From Longimicrobiales bacterium (lineage in GTDB: Bacteria; Gemmatimonadota; Gemmatimonadetes; Longimicrobiales; Gaopeijiaceae): a stretch of DNA of 64,000 nucleotides. The notes below the pieces were generated by a model that saw nothing but the letters and a program-made list of their open reading frames with translations, was not told where the DNA came from and did not search any database. The stretch is from positions 3,072,001-3,136,000 of the forward strand of contig OZ220732.1 in assembly GCA_965116905.1 (NCBI GenBank). The letters are read 5' to 3'. The stretch's first letter is position 1. The number at the start of each line of letters is the position of its first letter. Both the position numbers and the translations under genes were made by a program. Below are positions 8,162-15,754 of this stretch, piece after piece.

Positions 8162-9892
8162 CTAGTGGCGGAACAGCCTCCGTCCCGTGAACACCATGGC
8201 CATGCCGTGCTCGTCCGCGGCCGCGATCACCTCTTCGTCGCGGACCGAGCCGCCCGGCTGGATGATCGCCCCTGCTCCGGCGTCCGCGGCCGCGTCGACG
8301 CCGTCGCGGAACGGGAAGAACGCATCGGAGGCGAGGACGCAGCCGTCGAGCTCCTCCTCCAGGCCGGCTTCGCGGGCCTTTCGCACGGCCAGTCTGGACG
8401 AATCGACGCGGCTGGTCTGTCCCGCGCCGATCCCCACCGTCGCGCCGTTCCTGGCCAGCAGGATCGCATTCGACTTGACGCTCGCGACCGCCGACCAGGC
8501 GAACGAGAGGTCCGCCTGTTCGAGCGCGGTGGGGCGACGCGCCGTGACGACCCTCCAGCCCGGGTCTTCGCGGCCGTGGGAGGGCGGGTCGGGCAGTGAC
8601 TGGAATAGGACGCCGCCGTACACGGAGCGGAATGAGATCGCACCGTCGTGGCCCGCCGCCCGGGCGAGGAACCGGGACCTGGTGCCCGCGTGCGCATCGG
8701 CCTCGCCGGAACCGCCCGCCCCGTCGGAGCCTCCCACCTCGCCGGAACCGCCCGCCTCGCCATCGGGCAACGCCAGCAAGCGGATGTTCTTCTTGGCCGT
8801 GAGCACCTCCAGCGCCCCGGGGGTGAACCCGGGAGCCACCACGCACTCCACGAACATGGAGCCGATTCCCGCGGCCGTGTCGCGGTCGACAGGCCGGTTG
8901 ACCGCGATCACCGACCCGAAGGCCGATACGGGGTCCGTTCGGCGGGCCCGCGCGAACGCGTCGGCCAGCGTCGAGCTCACCGCCAGCCCGCACGGCGTCG
9001 TGTGCTTGACGATACACACCGCGGGATCGGGTGAGAACGCGAACGGGGCCAGGCTGAGAAGGGCACCGTCCAGGTCGAGTATATTGTTGTAGGAAAGAGC
9101 CTTGCCGTGTATTTGCTCAAGTTTCGCAATACCATGATCGCCGGTCGTGGCCGCGTAGAATGCGGCCCCCTGGTCCGGGTTTTCGCCGTACCGCAGGAGT
9201 TCGCGTCTCTCCAGTTCCAGCGTGACCCGCCCAGCCATCGGTTCTTCCGGTCCCGCGTCCGGATGGCCGCTCTCCTCCAACCCCTCCAAATACCCCGCGA
9301 TCGCCTCGTCGTAGGCCGAAATGTGGCGGAAGACCTTGGCCGCGAGCCTCCGCCGCAACGCGGACACTGCCGCCGGCGGGGCCGGGTCCGGCGCCGTGGA
9401 AGCGTCCGAATCCGTGGGAACCGACGCCAGCACGGCATCGTAGTCGGCGGGATCCACCACGACCCACACATCCCTGTGGTTCTTGGCGGCGGCGCGGATG
9501 AGCGTGGGCCCGCCGATATCGACGTTCTCCATCGCGTCGGCCAGCGTCACCCCCGGCTCCGCGATGGCTCGGCGGAACGGGTACAGGTTGACCGCCACCA
9601 GGTCGATGGTTCGATACCCCTGCTCGCCGAGCGCGGCCATGTCGCCGGGCAGCGCCCGCCTCGCGAGCAGCCCCGCGTGAATCGCCGGGTGCAGCGTCTT
9701 GACCCGGCCGTCCATCATCTCCGGGTGGTCGGTCACCTCCGAGACGTCGGTCACGTCCACGCCCGCTCCGCGGAGCGTCCGCGCGGTGCCACCGGTGGAA
9801 AGCACCTCCCAGCCGCACTCCACCAGCGCCCCCGCAAACGCGGTGATCCCCGTCTTGTCCGACACGCTGAGCAACGCTCTACGCCTGGCCAC
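8162..9892 (-). CDS. purH: Bifunctional AICAR transformylase/IMP cyclohydrolase
   Basis: RALLSVSDKTG, GRVKTLHP, ENVDIGGPTLIRAAAKNH, LRYGENPDQ, SDAFFPFRDG, IIQPGGSVRD, FTGRRLFRH; GGAGG RBS before GTG. Confidence 0.97.
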   Translation of the reverse strand: MARRRALLSVSDKTGITAFAGALVECGWEVLSTGGTARTLRGAGVDVTDVSEVTDHPEMMDGRVKTLHPAIHAGLLARRALPGDMAALGEQGYRTIDLVAVNLYPFRRAIAEPGVTLADAMENVDIGGPTLIRAAAKNHRDVWVVVDPADYDAVLASVPTDSDASTAPDPAPPAAVSALRRRLAAKVFRHISAYDEAIAGYLEGLEESGHPDAGPEEPMAGRVTLELERRELLRYGENPDQGAAFYAATTGDHGIAKLEQIHGKALSYNNILDLDGALLSLAPFAFSPDPAVCIVKHTTPCGLAVSSTLADAFARARRTDPVSAFGSVIAVNRPVDRDTAAGIGSMFVECVVAPGFTPGALEVLTAKKNIRLLALPDGEAGGSGEVGGSDGAGGSGEADAHAGTRSRFLARAAGHDGAISFRSVYGGVLFQSLPDPPSHGREDPGWRVVTARRPTALEQADLSFAWSAVASVKSNAILLARNGATVGIGAGQTSRVDSSRLAVRKAREAGLEEELDGCVLASDAFFPFRDGVDAAADAGAGAIIQPGGSVRDEEVIAAADEHGMAMVFTGRRLFRH

Positions 9893-10646
9893 CGGCACCT
9901 CCAAAGGCTTTCTCGATCGACTTTCTGAGCCCGGCACCGGCACCCTCGCCGCCGAGCGTCCCGCCCCCCGCGCCCGGCCAGGAGAAACGTGGTGCCCGCC
10001 CGGCCTCCAGCCCCCTGGCCAGTGCGTCGGCCGCGGCCGGATACAGGACGTGCTCAACCTCCAGCACCCGCGCCCCGAGACTCGACGCCGTGTCGCCCGG
10101 AAGTACCGGCACCGGCCACTGCGCCAGGATCCGCCCTTCGTCGTAGCGCTCGTTGACGAAGTGAATGGTGGGGCCCGACAGGCTCGCGCCCGACCGCAGA
10201 ACCGCCTCGTGAACGCGGCCCCCGTACATCCCCTTGCCGCCGAAGGACGGCAGCAGCGCGGGGTGGATATTCAGAATCCGCCCCTCGAACTCGCGGCAGA
10301 CGCTCGCGGGGAGGAGCTTCAGAAAGCCGGCCAGGAGAATCGCCCGTGCCTGGTGTTTTTGGAGGAGGGCGAGGACTGCGGCTCCGGCCGGGACCTCGGC
10401 GCTTCCGTCGCCGGCATCGGTACCGTCGCGCCTGCGGGGACCACCGGGATCGCCCTTCCCGGTCCGCTCACCGAAGTCGACCCGGTACACCGCCCTGCCG
10501 CACCTCCGGGCCCGCTGTTCCGCCTCGCACGGGCGGTCCACGATGAGGAGTTCGATCCGGTACGCCGCGCCCCGGGCCTCGTGATCGAGCAGTGCCTGCA
10601 TGTTGGTCCCGGACCCCGAGGCGAGCACCGCGAAGGGAACGCTCAC
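9879..10646 (-). CDS. purN: Phosphoribosylglycinamide formyltransferase
   Basis: VLASGSGTNMQAL, LLAGFLKLL, NIHPALLPSFGGKGMYG, IHFVNERYDEG. Confidence 0.95.
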   Translation of the reverse strand: MSVPFAVLASGSGTNMQALLDHEARGAAYRIELLIVDRPCEAEQRARRCGRAVYRVDFGERTGKGDPGGPRRRDGTDAGDGSAEVPAGAAVLALLQKHQARAILLAGFLKLLPASVCREFEGRILNIHPALLPSFGGKGMYGGRVHEAVLRSGASLSGPTIHFVNERYDEGRILAQWPVPVLPGDTASSLGARVLEVEHVLYPAAADALARGLEAGRAPRFSWPGAGGGTLGGEGAGAGLRKSIEKAFGGAGGQA

Positions 10647-10683
10647 GGGAACTCGAAGCTGCCTGGCCGCGTCCGGGTGCCGC

Positions 10684-11337
10684 TCATGCGAATTCCCCGC
10701 CGTAGACGGGGACGAGGAAGGGGTTCGTCCGGCGCTCCCGGCCGACCGTGGTGTCGGGTCCGTGTCCCGTGTACAGCCGCGTCTCGTCGGGCAGGGTGAG
10801 CACCTGCGTGTGAATCGAGTCCATGAGCGTGTCGAAGTCGGCCAGGGGCAGGTCCGTGCGGCCGATCGACCCCGCGAAGACGACGTCGCCGACGAGCGCC
10901 ACGGGCTCCGACGTCGAGACGAACATCACGTGGCCGGGGGCGTGGCCGGGCGCGAAGACCACCTCGAACTCCGAGCCCCCGAAGGTGAGGTTCCTGCCGG
11001 GCACGAGATCGATGTCGGGGGGCGGCTGCGGCTCGCACTCGACTCCGAAGAACAGCGCGTGTTGCACGACGTTGTCGTAGATGACGCGGTCGAGGGGGTG
11101 GAGGTGGATGGGAGCTCCCGTCTCCTCCCTGGCCAGGCGGACTCCCTCGATGTGGTCGAAGTGCGCGTGCGTCAGCAGGATGGCCGCGATATCCAGGTCC
11201 CGGGCGCGTGCTTCGGCGAGCGCCTCGGCGGTGGTCGCGCCGGGGTCGATCAGGAGGCCCGTCCGGCCGTCCTCGCAGACCACCAGCAGCGTGTTCTGCA
11301 TAACGGGCCCGCCGGCGAAGGTCAGGACTTCCAACAA
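10684..11337 (-). CDS. MBL-fold metallo-hydrolase (glyoxalase II/YcbL-like); start uncertain (11337 or 11373)
   Basis: THAHFDH, APGHAPGH, GDVVFAGSIGRTDLP, GHGPDTTVGRE motifs. Confidence 0.9.
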   Translation of the reverse strand: MLEVLTFAGGPVMQNTLLVVCEDGRTGLLIDPGATTAEALAEARARDLDIAAILLTHAHFDHIEGVRLAREETGAPIHLHPLDRVIYDNVVQHALFFGVECEPQPPPDIDLVPGRNLTFGGSEFEVVFAPGHAPGHVMFVSTSEPVALVGDVVFAGSIGRTDLPLADFDTLMDSIHTQVLTLPDETRLYTGHGPDTTVGRERRTNPFLVPVYGGEFA

Positions 11338-11344
11338 CGGCGGG

Positions 11345-11692
11345 CTACACCGTGAACGAACTGCCGCAGCCACATCCGCCCGTGGCCTGCGGGTTCTTGA
11401 ACGTGAACCCGGAACCCATCAGCGACGTGATGTAGTCGATCTCGATCCCCTCGAGGTATTGGGCGCTGAAGGGGTCGACAAAGATCCGGATACCGTCGCG
11501 TATGAGGATCTCGTCGTCTCCGTCGGGGCCGTTGTCGATGTCGACGCCGTACTGAAACCCCGAGCAGCCCCCGGGGAGAACCGCGACGCGGAGTCCGGCT
11601 TCGCCGGTGTCGCCGTGCTCTTTCAGGAACCCCTGCACCATCCTGACCGCATTGGGCGTAAGGGTAAGATCCATCACAATTTCATGCTCCAT
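11345..11692 (-). CDS. HesB/IscA family Fe-S cluster assembly accessory protein
   Basis: LRVAVLPGGCSGFQY, FKNPQATGGCGCGSSF. Confidence 0.95.
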   Translation of the reverse strand: MEHEIVMDLTLTPNAVRMVQGFLKEHGDTGEAGLRVAVLPGGCSGFQYGVDIDNGPDGDDEILIRDGIRIFVDPFSAQYLEGIEIDYITSLMGSGFTFKNPQATGGCGCGSSFTV

Positions 11693-11755
11693 CTTCCTGG
11701 CTGTGCCATCACCGGGGCCGGAGGGCGTGCGCCGCCGCGGGACACCGGTCCCAAG

Positions 11756-11785
11756 AAGCTACCCAATGGGGCAAGAGGGGGTCAA
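11756..11785 (-). promoter_or_regulatory. Putative promoter for iscA-MBL-purN-purH
   Basis: TTGACC-N18-TAGCTT, overlapping the upstream stop codon. Confidence 0.45.
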
Positions 11786-12474
11786 CGACCCGCCCCGCGA
11801 TCCGCCCGCCGACCCGTACGGCCGTCACTACGCCGACCCGTCCGTCGACCCGTCCCGCGATTCGCCCGCCGACCCGTACGGCCGGCGCCGGTCCCGGCTT
11901 CCAGGCGCTCCACGAGCGCGGCCGCCGACAGGAGGTCGTCCGTGACTCGAAACTCCGGTCCCACCGCGGCCTGCTCGGCGACTCCATGCCCCGTCAGCAC
12001 GAGAATCCCGGTGCCGTCCAGCGCCTGCGCGGGGAGCACGTCGCTCAGCTTGTCGCCCACGAAATAGGAGCCCGCCGTCGCGAGTCCCAGGTCGCCAGCG
12101 GCGCTCTCGTGCATGACCGTGCTCGGCTTTCGGCACGTCGTTTGGGGATCTCCGCCGGGCGCATCGGGGCAGAAGTAGGTTCCGTCCATGACGATGCCGG
12201 CGGCGAGGAGCTGCCGGTCCACCTCGGCCGCCACGCGATGATAGTCGCCGAGCGTGTAATAGCCGCGCCCGATGCCCGACTGGTTGGTGACCGTCACGAG
12301 CGCGAGCCCCAGCGCCCGCAGGCGGTGAAGCGCCTCGACCGCCCCCGGAAGGAGGGTGACGTCGCCCGGATCGGCCACGTACTGGTGGTCTTCGATGATC
12401 GTGCCGTCGCGGTCCGCAAAGACGGCGCGCCGCTTGCCGGCGAAACCGCTTCCTCCAGGACCGGATCCCGTCAT
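11782..12474 (-). CDS. gmhB: HAD-IIIA phosphatase, GmhB (heptose-1,7-bisphosphate phosphatase)/histidinol-phosphatase-like
   Basis: AVFADRDGTI, VTNQSGIGRG, CRKP, FVGDKLSD, VLTGHG; ATGA overlap with selA; repeat-derived Arg/Gly tail. Confidence 0.8.
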   Translation of the reverse strand: MTGSGPGGSGFAGKRRAVFADRDGTIIEDHQYVADPGDVTLLPGAVEALHRLRALGLALVTVTNQSGIGRGYYTLGDYHRVAAEVDRQLLAAGIVMDGTYFCPDAPGGDPQTTCRKPSTVMHESAAGDLGLATAGSYFVGDKLSDVLPAQALDGTGILVLTGHGVAEQAAVGPEFRVTDDLLSAAALVERLEAGTGAGRTGRRANRGTGRRTGRRSDGRTGRRADRGAGR

Positions 12475-13883
12475 TCGCCGCCCTGCACGTCCACGTCCAG
12501 TTGCACCAGCGCGTGCGCGATGATGGTGTCGCCGCCGGTCCCGAGTGTGCGAAAGTCGAACAGGATCCGGCCCTGCCGGCTGCGCGCGACGATGGGCGGC
12601 GCGTTCGCGCGGAGCGCCGCCATCCACCGTTCGGTCGCTGCCCCGGCCTCGAGGGTCAGGATTGCGCTCGGCAAGCGCGCGTCCGGGAAGGTTCCCCCGC
12701 CGACCAGCGACCGTCCCCGCACGGCCTCCAACCGCAGGGGTTCGGCCCCCCGCTCCGCGCGCAACCGGGTCACCACCCTCGCCACGCTACGCGCCTTTCG
12801 CTCCAGATCCTCCACACGCGCGGTGATCATCTTGAGCACCGGCACCCGCTCGATCGCCCGGTCCGGATTGCGGTACAGCGTGAGCGTGGCCTCGAGCCCC
12901 GCCAGGGTGACCTTGTCGCAGCGGAGCGCGCGGCACAGCGGGTGCGTCCTGGCCCGCGCGACGCCTTCGCGCTTCCCGGCCAGGATCCCGGCCTGCGGCC
13001 CGCCGAGCAGCTTGTCCCCCGAGAAAGCGACCAGATCCACCCCCGCCGTCACGCTCTCGGCCGGCGTGGGTTCGTACGGCAACCCCAGTCGCTCGCTGTC
13101 GACCATCAACCCCGACCCCAGGTCGTGGATCACGGGAACCCCGCTCTCCGCCCCCAGGCGAACCAGCTCCGTCAGCGCGGTCTCTTCCGTGAAGCCCGAC
13201 ATCGAGAAGTTCGAGCGATGGACCTTGAGGATCGCGCCCACCCCCCCGGCGGCCACCGCACGGGCGTAGTCGTCGAGCCGCGTGCGGTTCGTGGTCCCCA
13301 CGGTCACGAGGCGCGCCCCCGCGGCCTCCACCACCTCCGGGATGCGGAACCCACCCCCGATCTCCACGAGTTCGCCGTGTGACACCGCGACCCCCTTGCC
13401 CGCCGCGTGGGCCGTCAGGGCGACCGCGACCGCACCGGCCCCATTGTTGACGACCAGAGCATCCTCGGCGCCGAGCAGCTCGGTCACGAGGCCGGCACAG
13501 TGGGTGTAGCGCGACCCCCTCTCACCGGTCTCAAGATCGAACTCGACGTTCGCGTACCCGTCCGCCGAGTTCATCGCGCTGCTTGCCTCGGGCGCGAGGG
13601 GAGCGCGGCCCAGGTTCGTGTGCAGGATGACCCCGGTGCCGTTGACCACGCCGCGCAGCGACAGCGTCCCGGCCCTGGCAACCTCCATCTCCACCAGCTC
13701 TTCGTAGTCGTCCACGGAGTCGGGCACGGGGATCCTGCCGGCGCGCACCGCGTCCAGCACGGCCCGGACCCGGTCGGTGATCCATACCCGGCCGCGCGAC
13801 CCGATCAGGAGCTGGCACCACGGTTGCGCGAGGAGCCGGTCGACGCCCGGGATCGAGCGGCGGGGATCTTTCCTGGCGATCAC
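12471..13883 (-). CDS. selA: L-seryl-tRNA(Sec) selenium transferase
   Basis: VVNGTGVILHTNLGRAPL, VVNNGAGAV, SHGELVEIGGGFRIPEV, VGTTNRT, KVHRSNF, PLP lysine in FSGDKLLGGPQAG. Confidence 0.93.
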   Translation of the reverse strand: MIARKDPRRSIPGVDRLLAQPWCQLLIGSRGRVWITDRVRAVLDAVRAGRIPVPDSVDDYEELVEMEVARAGTLSLRGVVNGTGVILHTNLGRAPLAPEASSAMNSADGYANVEFDLETGERGSRYTHCAGLVTELLGAEDALVVNNGAGAVAVALTAHAAGKGVAVSHGELVEIGGGFRIPEVVEAAGARLVTVGTTNRTRLDDYARAVAAGGVGAILKVHRSNFSMSGFTEETALTELVRLGAESGVPVIHDLGSGLMVDSERLGLPYEPTPAESVTAGVDLVAFSGDKLLGGPQAGILAGKREGVARARTHPLCRALRCDKVTLAGLEATLTLYRNPDRAIERVPVLKMITARVEDLERKARSVARVVTRLRAERGAEPLRLEAVRGRSLVGGGTFPDARLPSAILTLEAGAATERWMAALRANAPPIVARSRQGRILFDFRTLGTGGDTIIAHALVQLDVDVQGGE

Positions 13884-15754
13884 GGTCGCCCCTTGCCCCG
13901 GCGCGGGCGGAGCATCGGCCGCTGCCGAGGGCGGAGAATGGGCACGCGAGCGGACCTCCGGGCCGGTCCGGCCGAGCGGGCCGTGTCGGGCACCGGGACG
14001 GTGTCAGGACCTGCCACGGTATCAGGAACCACCACAGTGTCCGGTACTACCATGGTGTCCGGAACTACCACAGTGTCGGGAACCACCACGGTATCCGGAA
14101 CCACCACGGTATCCGGAACCACCACGGTATCGGGCACCACGTCAGCCGTGTCGGCCGCGGCCGTATCCGCCAGTTCCGTCGTGTCCACAGGCTCCTCCAG
14201 CTCGCCCTGCTCGTCCAGATCCTCCGGCTCCTCGGGGGGGAGTTCGAGGACGACCACGGTGGTCCCCTGCCCCCGTCCCGTCCCGGCGATGTTCATGACC
14301 CGCGATATCGACGCCTCGTACGGCACGCCGGCCCGCAGAGGCTCGAACAGCACGCCCACGAGCGTCTGCTCCGGCAGCGGAAGCCCCGAGAGCGTCACCC
14401 GGCCGGGCTCCGTGTCTTCCGCGTCCGACTCCTCTTCCTCCGCCCCGGCTGCGAGGTCGGCCAGCGCGGCGCGCGCCGCCTCCGCTCCGGCGGTGGTGTC
14501 CGCGGCCACCCGGGCCAGCGAGTCCGCGACCGCCCGCGCCGCGGAGTCCGCCCGCTCGGCCAGCAACCCCTCGTATTCGCGTTCCGTGAGGATCCGGACC
14601 CGCACGGTATCGCCAGGCTGGGGCAGCGGCAGCGTGTCGACGACCTCGGCCACGGCGGCGGAATCACCCGCCTCCACGTCGCCGGGCGCGTCGGCGGGCG
14701 GAACCGTGTCGGCCACCGCGGGCGCGTCGGGTGGCGGAACCGTGTCGGCCACCGCGGGCGCGTCGGGTGGCGGAACCGTGTCGGCCACCTCGGTCGTGTC
14801 GGCGGGCGGGACCGTGTCGGCCACCGCGGTCGTGTCGGGTGGCGGGGTCGTATCCGTCGGCTCGGTCACGTCGAGTGAATCGCCTCCTGCCTCCGCATCC
14901 ACCTCCGTGCTGTCGGTCATGTCCGCCACCACCAAACGCGCCGCGATCAGCGCTCCTGGAATCTCCGGATCGAGGTAGTCGTCGAACTCGAACCGCAGCG
15001 TCAGCGAGTCCTCCACCGTCACGCTTGCAAGTCGTGCCGGAGTCGTGTCGGGCTCGATCAGCGACAGCACCGTGAAGCTCGTGTCCGGGGTCAGGTCCAG
15101 CTGCCCGCCGACAAACCGGGTTTGCGGCTCGGACTCGCCAATCTCACGGTCGCGGTTGCGGTCCATCCACGCCCGCACCTCGTAGGGACCGTCCGGGACG
15201 TAGCGGAGCGAGAAGACCCCGTCCCGGTCGGTGAGGTTCCAGTGGGTGATCGTGTCGGTGTCCACCTGAAAGCGGGCCTCGACGCGCACGTCAGGAACCG
15301 CTTCGCCCGTCACGCGGTCCTCCACCATGCCCGCGAGGACGTTGGGCACGAAGTCGTCGCCCGTCGAGACGACCAGGTCGAAGGGGTCGCGCAACCGGTT
15401 CTGGAACATGTCGTTGATCACCGGCAACACCGTCACGCGATACAGTCTTCCGGCCTCGAATCCCTCCTGCATCTCGACGGTGATCCCGTCCCGGCCGTGA
15501 CGCACCCGCACAAGCCCCGTCGACGGCGATACGACCACGGCGTCGTTCAGGTTGCCGGTCGCGGGGCGCTCGCTGATGCGCTCGCTGAAGCGGAAGTGGA
15601 CCTCGTCGACGCCAGGCTCAACGACCGCAAAGGTATCCGGTGTCGTCTCGATCACGTACGGCGGGAAGAGGTCCTCCGGCCCGCCTGGGGGGGCCTCCGG
15701 CCGCGCACAGGCGGCCGCACCGAGCACGACAAGGCAGACCAACCCCCGCTTCAC
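13880..15754 (-). CDS. Lipoprotein with Big_5-like Ig domain, carboxypeptidase-regulatory-like domain and Asp/Thr/Pro-rich repeats
   Basis: Lipobox LGAAAC then ARPEAPPGGPEDLFPP; FRFSERI; GMVEDRVTGEAV..TDRDGVFSL; GTGA overlap with the valS stop. Confidence 0.8.
   Translation of the reverse strand: MKRGLVCLVVLGAAACARPEAPPGGPEDLFPPYVIETTPDTFAVVEPGVDEVHFRFSERISERPATGNLNDAVVVSPSTGLVRVRHGRDGITVEMQEGFEAGRLYRVTVLPVINDMFQNRLRDPFDLVVSTGDDFVPNVLAGMVEDRVTGEAVPDVRVEARFQVDTDTITHWNLTDRDGVFSLRYVPDGPYEVRAWMDRNRDREIGESEPQTRFVGGQLDLTPDTSFTVLSLIEPDTTPARLASVTVEDSLTLRFEFDDYLDPEIPGALIAARLVVADMTDSTEVDAEAGGDSLDVTEPTDTTPPPDTTAVADTVPPADTTEVADTVPPPDAPAVADTVPPPDAPAVADTVPPADAPGDVEAGDSAAVAEVVDTLPLPQPGDTVRVRILTEREYEGLLAERADSAARAVADSLARVAADTTAGAEAARAALADLAAGAEEEESDAEDTEPGRVTLSGLPLPEQTLVGVLFEPLRAGVPYEASISRVMNIAGTGRGQGTTVVVLELPPEEPEDLDEQGELEEPVDTTELADTAAADTADVVPDTVVVPDTVVVPDTVVVPDTVVVPDTMVVPDTVVVPDTVAGPDTVPVPDTARSAGPARRSARVPILRPRQRPMLRPRRGKGRP
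13983..14140. repeat. 18-bp coding tandem repeat, about 9 units (PDTVVV)
   Basis: Units such as accaccacggtatccgga; translation PDTVVV x4, PDTMVV, PDTVVV, PDTVAG, PDTVPV, PDTA. Confidence 0.9.
14685..14850. repeat. 36-bp coding tandem repeat, about 4.5 units (VADTVPPPDAPA)
   Basis: ggaaccgtgtcggccaccgcgggcgcgtcgggtggc recurs with period 36. Confidence 0.85.

Noticed and set aside
11345..11692. Selenoprotein near selA (HesB-like, or thioredoxin at 30927)
   Set aside because: All catalytic positions are Cys codons; no in-frame TGA
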